From Balanoglossus misakiensis (taxonomy: Eukaryota > Animalia > Hemichordata): DNA of 64,000 nucleotides. Below are positions 62,868 through 64,000 of the stretch, one piece after another; the first letter of the stretch is position 1; the number at the start of each line of letters is the position of its first letter. Under the pieces are notes generated by a model. It did not search any database, was not told the DNA's origin, and was given only the letters and a program-made list of their open reading frames with translations. The stretch lies in NCBI GenBank assembly GCA_040954595.2, contig CM082579.2:12649834-12713833 (forward strand). Direction: 5' to 3'. The position numbers and the translations under genes were made by a program.

Positions 62868-64000
62868 TTATTCCTCAGGGTTCCAATCTGAGCTGCAGTC
62901 TATTTCAGATTCACCCAAAGTTTCCACAGACTGTTCATCGGCCACTTCCACATTACCAACTAATGAATCTGTGTCATCATCAACAATTACATCCTCATTT
63001 CTGTCATAAGTAACCTCTTCAAAATTTTCATCATCTTCCTCAGCCTCGTCTAAAGCAATCAGATATTCATCACTTGTAGTATCTATTGTCATGGGCTTAT
63101 TTGGTAGGTTTTCGCATGACAGACACTTACATCCAGGTCCACAAACATTTCCAGATTTCACACATTTGCAGCACCTGTTTACACATTTAGATTTTTTACA
63201 TTTGCATCCAGTGGTCCAAAATTCAACATTTTTCTGAACCTTTTCAAAGTTCTCATTAGAGTCCCAAATGACTTCTAATTTTCCATCCACTACTTTCCAT
63301 CCAAACTCAGTTATGGGGGGTGTTTGTACATCATCTCCTTGTGCATTTGCCCATAGATGGGAAACCCAACATGACCTTATCCAGTGATATTTCAATGCCT
63401 CATTTGATGGTAAAAATCCAACTTCTGAATCTATCCTATCCCATATTCTATTTTGTATGTCATCAAGCCATTTGTGATGAATGTCCTCAGTTGTCAATTC
63501 GTCTCTGATGAATGATGCGAAATGTTGATCAGGTGTGTCATATCCAGGAAAAGCAGATGAATGTTTCCTGTAAAACACAGAGCCAACCAACCTATAAAAA
63601 GCCAATAACCCTTGATTCATTGAATCATGTGTATCACTAAGCATACCAGCCATGTGGTCATTTCCTCTTCCTGTTATAAATTTTGCATTCTTAAAAAATG
63701 CATCTAAGAAAGCCTTCTTGCCATAACCACGAAAGTAAGAAATATAGTCACACCCAGAGCAGATAAATAAGGTTTGAAAAACTGTACCTAGCTCAGTTGG
63801 TGGTACTGAAGTCAATGAAAGGTCATGCTTCATACAGGTCAAAAGTGTTGGCATGTCAAGGTAAACATTATCAAATGGTACTGCTCTCAACTGTATCAAA
63901 ACATTCTTGTCAACAGTCTCTAGCAATGGCAAACCAATGTGATAAACATCAGTATCAGGAGAATAGATAAGAATATTCTGAGCCTGTGATTGGAGTGCAT
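62868..64000 (-). CDS. C-terminal part of an Academ transposase (PIN/XPG-like nuclease, H3TH-like motif, Cys-rich CXC finger, acidic tail); open to the window edge
   Basis: SPDTDVY, SGCDYISYFRGYGK, LPS..AL..H..R, GW, CKCKKSKC..RCCKC..C...CKC..CEN; no stop between 64000 and 62868. Confidence 0.85.
   Translation of the reverse strand, partial: ALQSQAQNILIYSPDTDVYHIGLPLLETVDKNVLIQLRAVPFDNVYLDMPTLLTCMKHDLSLTSVPPTELGTVFQTLFICSGCDYISYFRGYGKKAFLDAFFKNAKFITGRGNDHMAGMLSDTHDSMNQGLLAFYRLVGSVFYRKHSSAFPGYDTPDQHFASFIRDELTTEDIHHKWLDDIQNRIWDRIDSEVGFLPSNEALKYHWIRSCWVSHLWANAQGDDVQTPPITEFGWKVVDGKLEVIWDSNENFEKVQKNVEFWTTGCKCKKSKCVNRCCKCVKSGNVCGPGCKCLSCENLPNKPMTIDTTSDEYLIALDEAEEDDENFEEVTYDRNEDVIVDDDTDSLVGNVEVADEQSVETLGESEIDCSSDWNPEE

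Noticed and set aside
160-64000. Most short ORFs in the supplied track
   Set aside because: They are antisense or alternate-frame shadows of transposon genes, or chance ORFs in repeats, with no recognisable motifs.

Overview
AT-rich eukaryotic DNA with GT-AG introns, most like a marine invertebrate animal (species cannot be determined from sequence alone). No intact host gene is visible; the window is a dense, multiply nested transposon cluster. Main components: (1) a 7.4-kb DNA transposon (4138-11580; 20-bp TIRs, 2-bp TSD) with a spliced ~1,280-aa RAG1/Transib/Chapaev-like DDE transposase carrying an inserted SAP-like motif, broken by one stop and one frameshift; (2) several Academ elements: a decayed autonomous copy (13545-21109), a second transposase running off the right edge, non-autonomous copies, and a 4.4-kb fold-back copy (22498-26864) made of two 5' halves fused tail-to-tail with an intact ATG TSD; (3) a 120-bp (3 x 40 bp) satellite hit twice at the same TTAA; (4) a full-length ISL2EU element (39174-46761) with convergent THAP-DDE transposase and SWIM/YqaJ/PHD exonuclease genes, whose long TIRs appear to supply a shared first exon; (5) a palindromic TTAA (Kolobok-type) element with a P2X7-ballast-like remnant; (6) remnants of Gypsy, DIRS/Ngaro, Tc1 and hAT elements, a solo LTR, Helentron-like repeats and many MITEs. 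Family assignments come from motif recognition by eye, not database searches.
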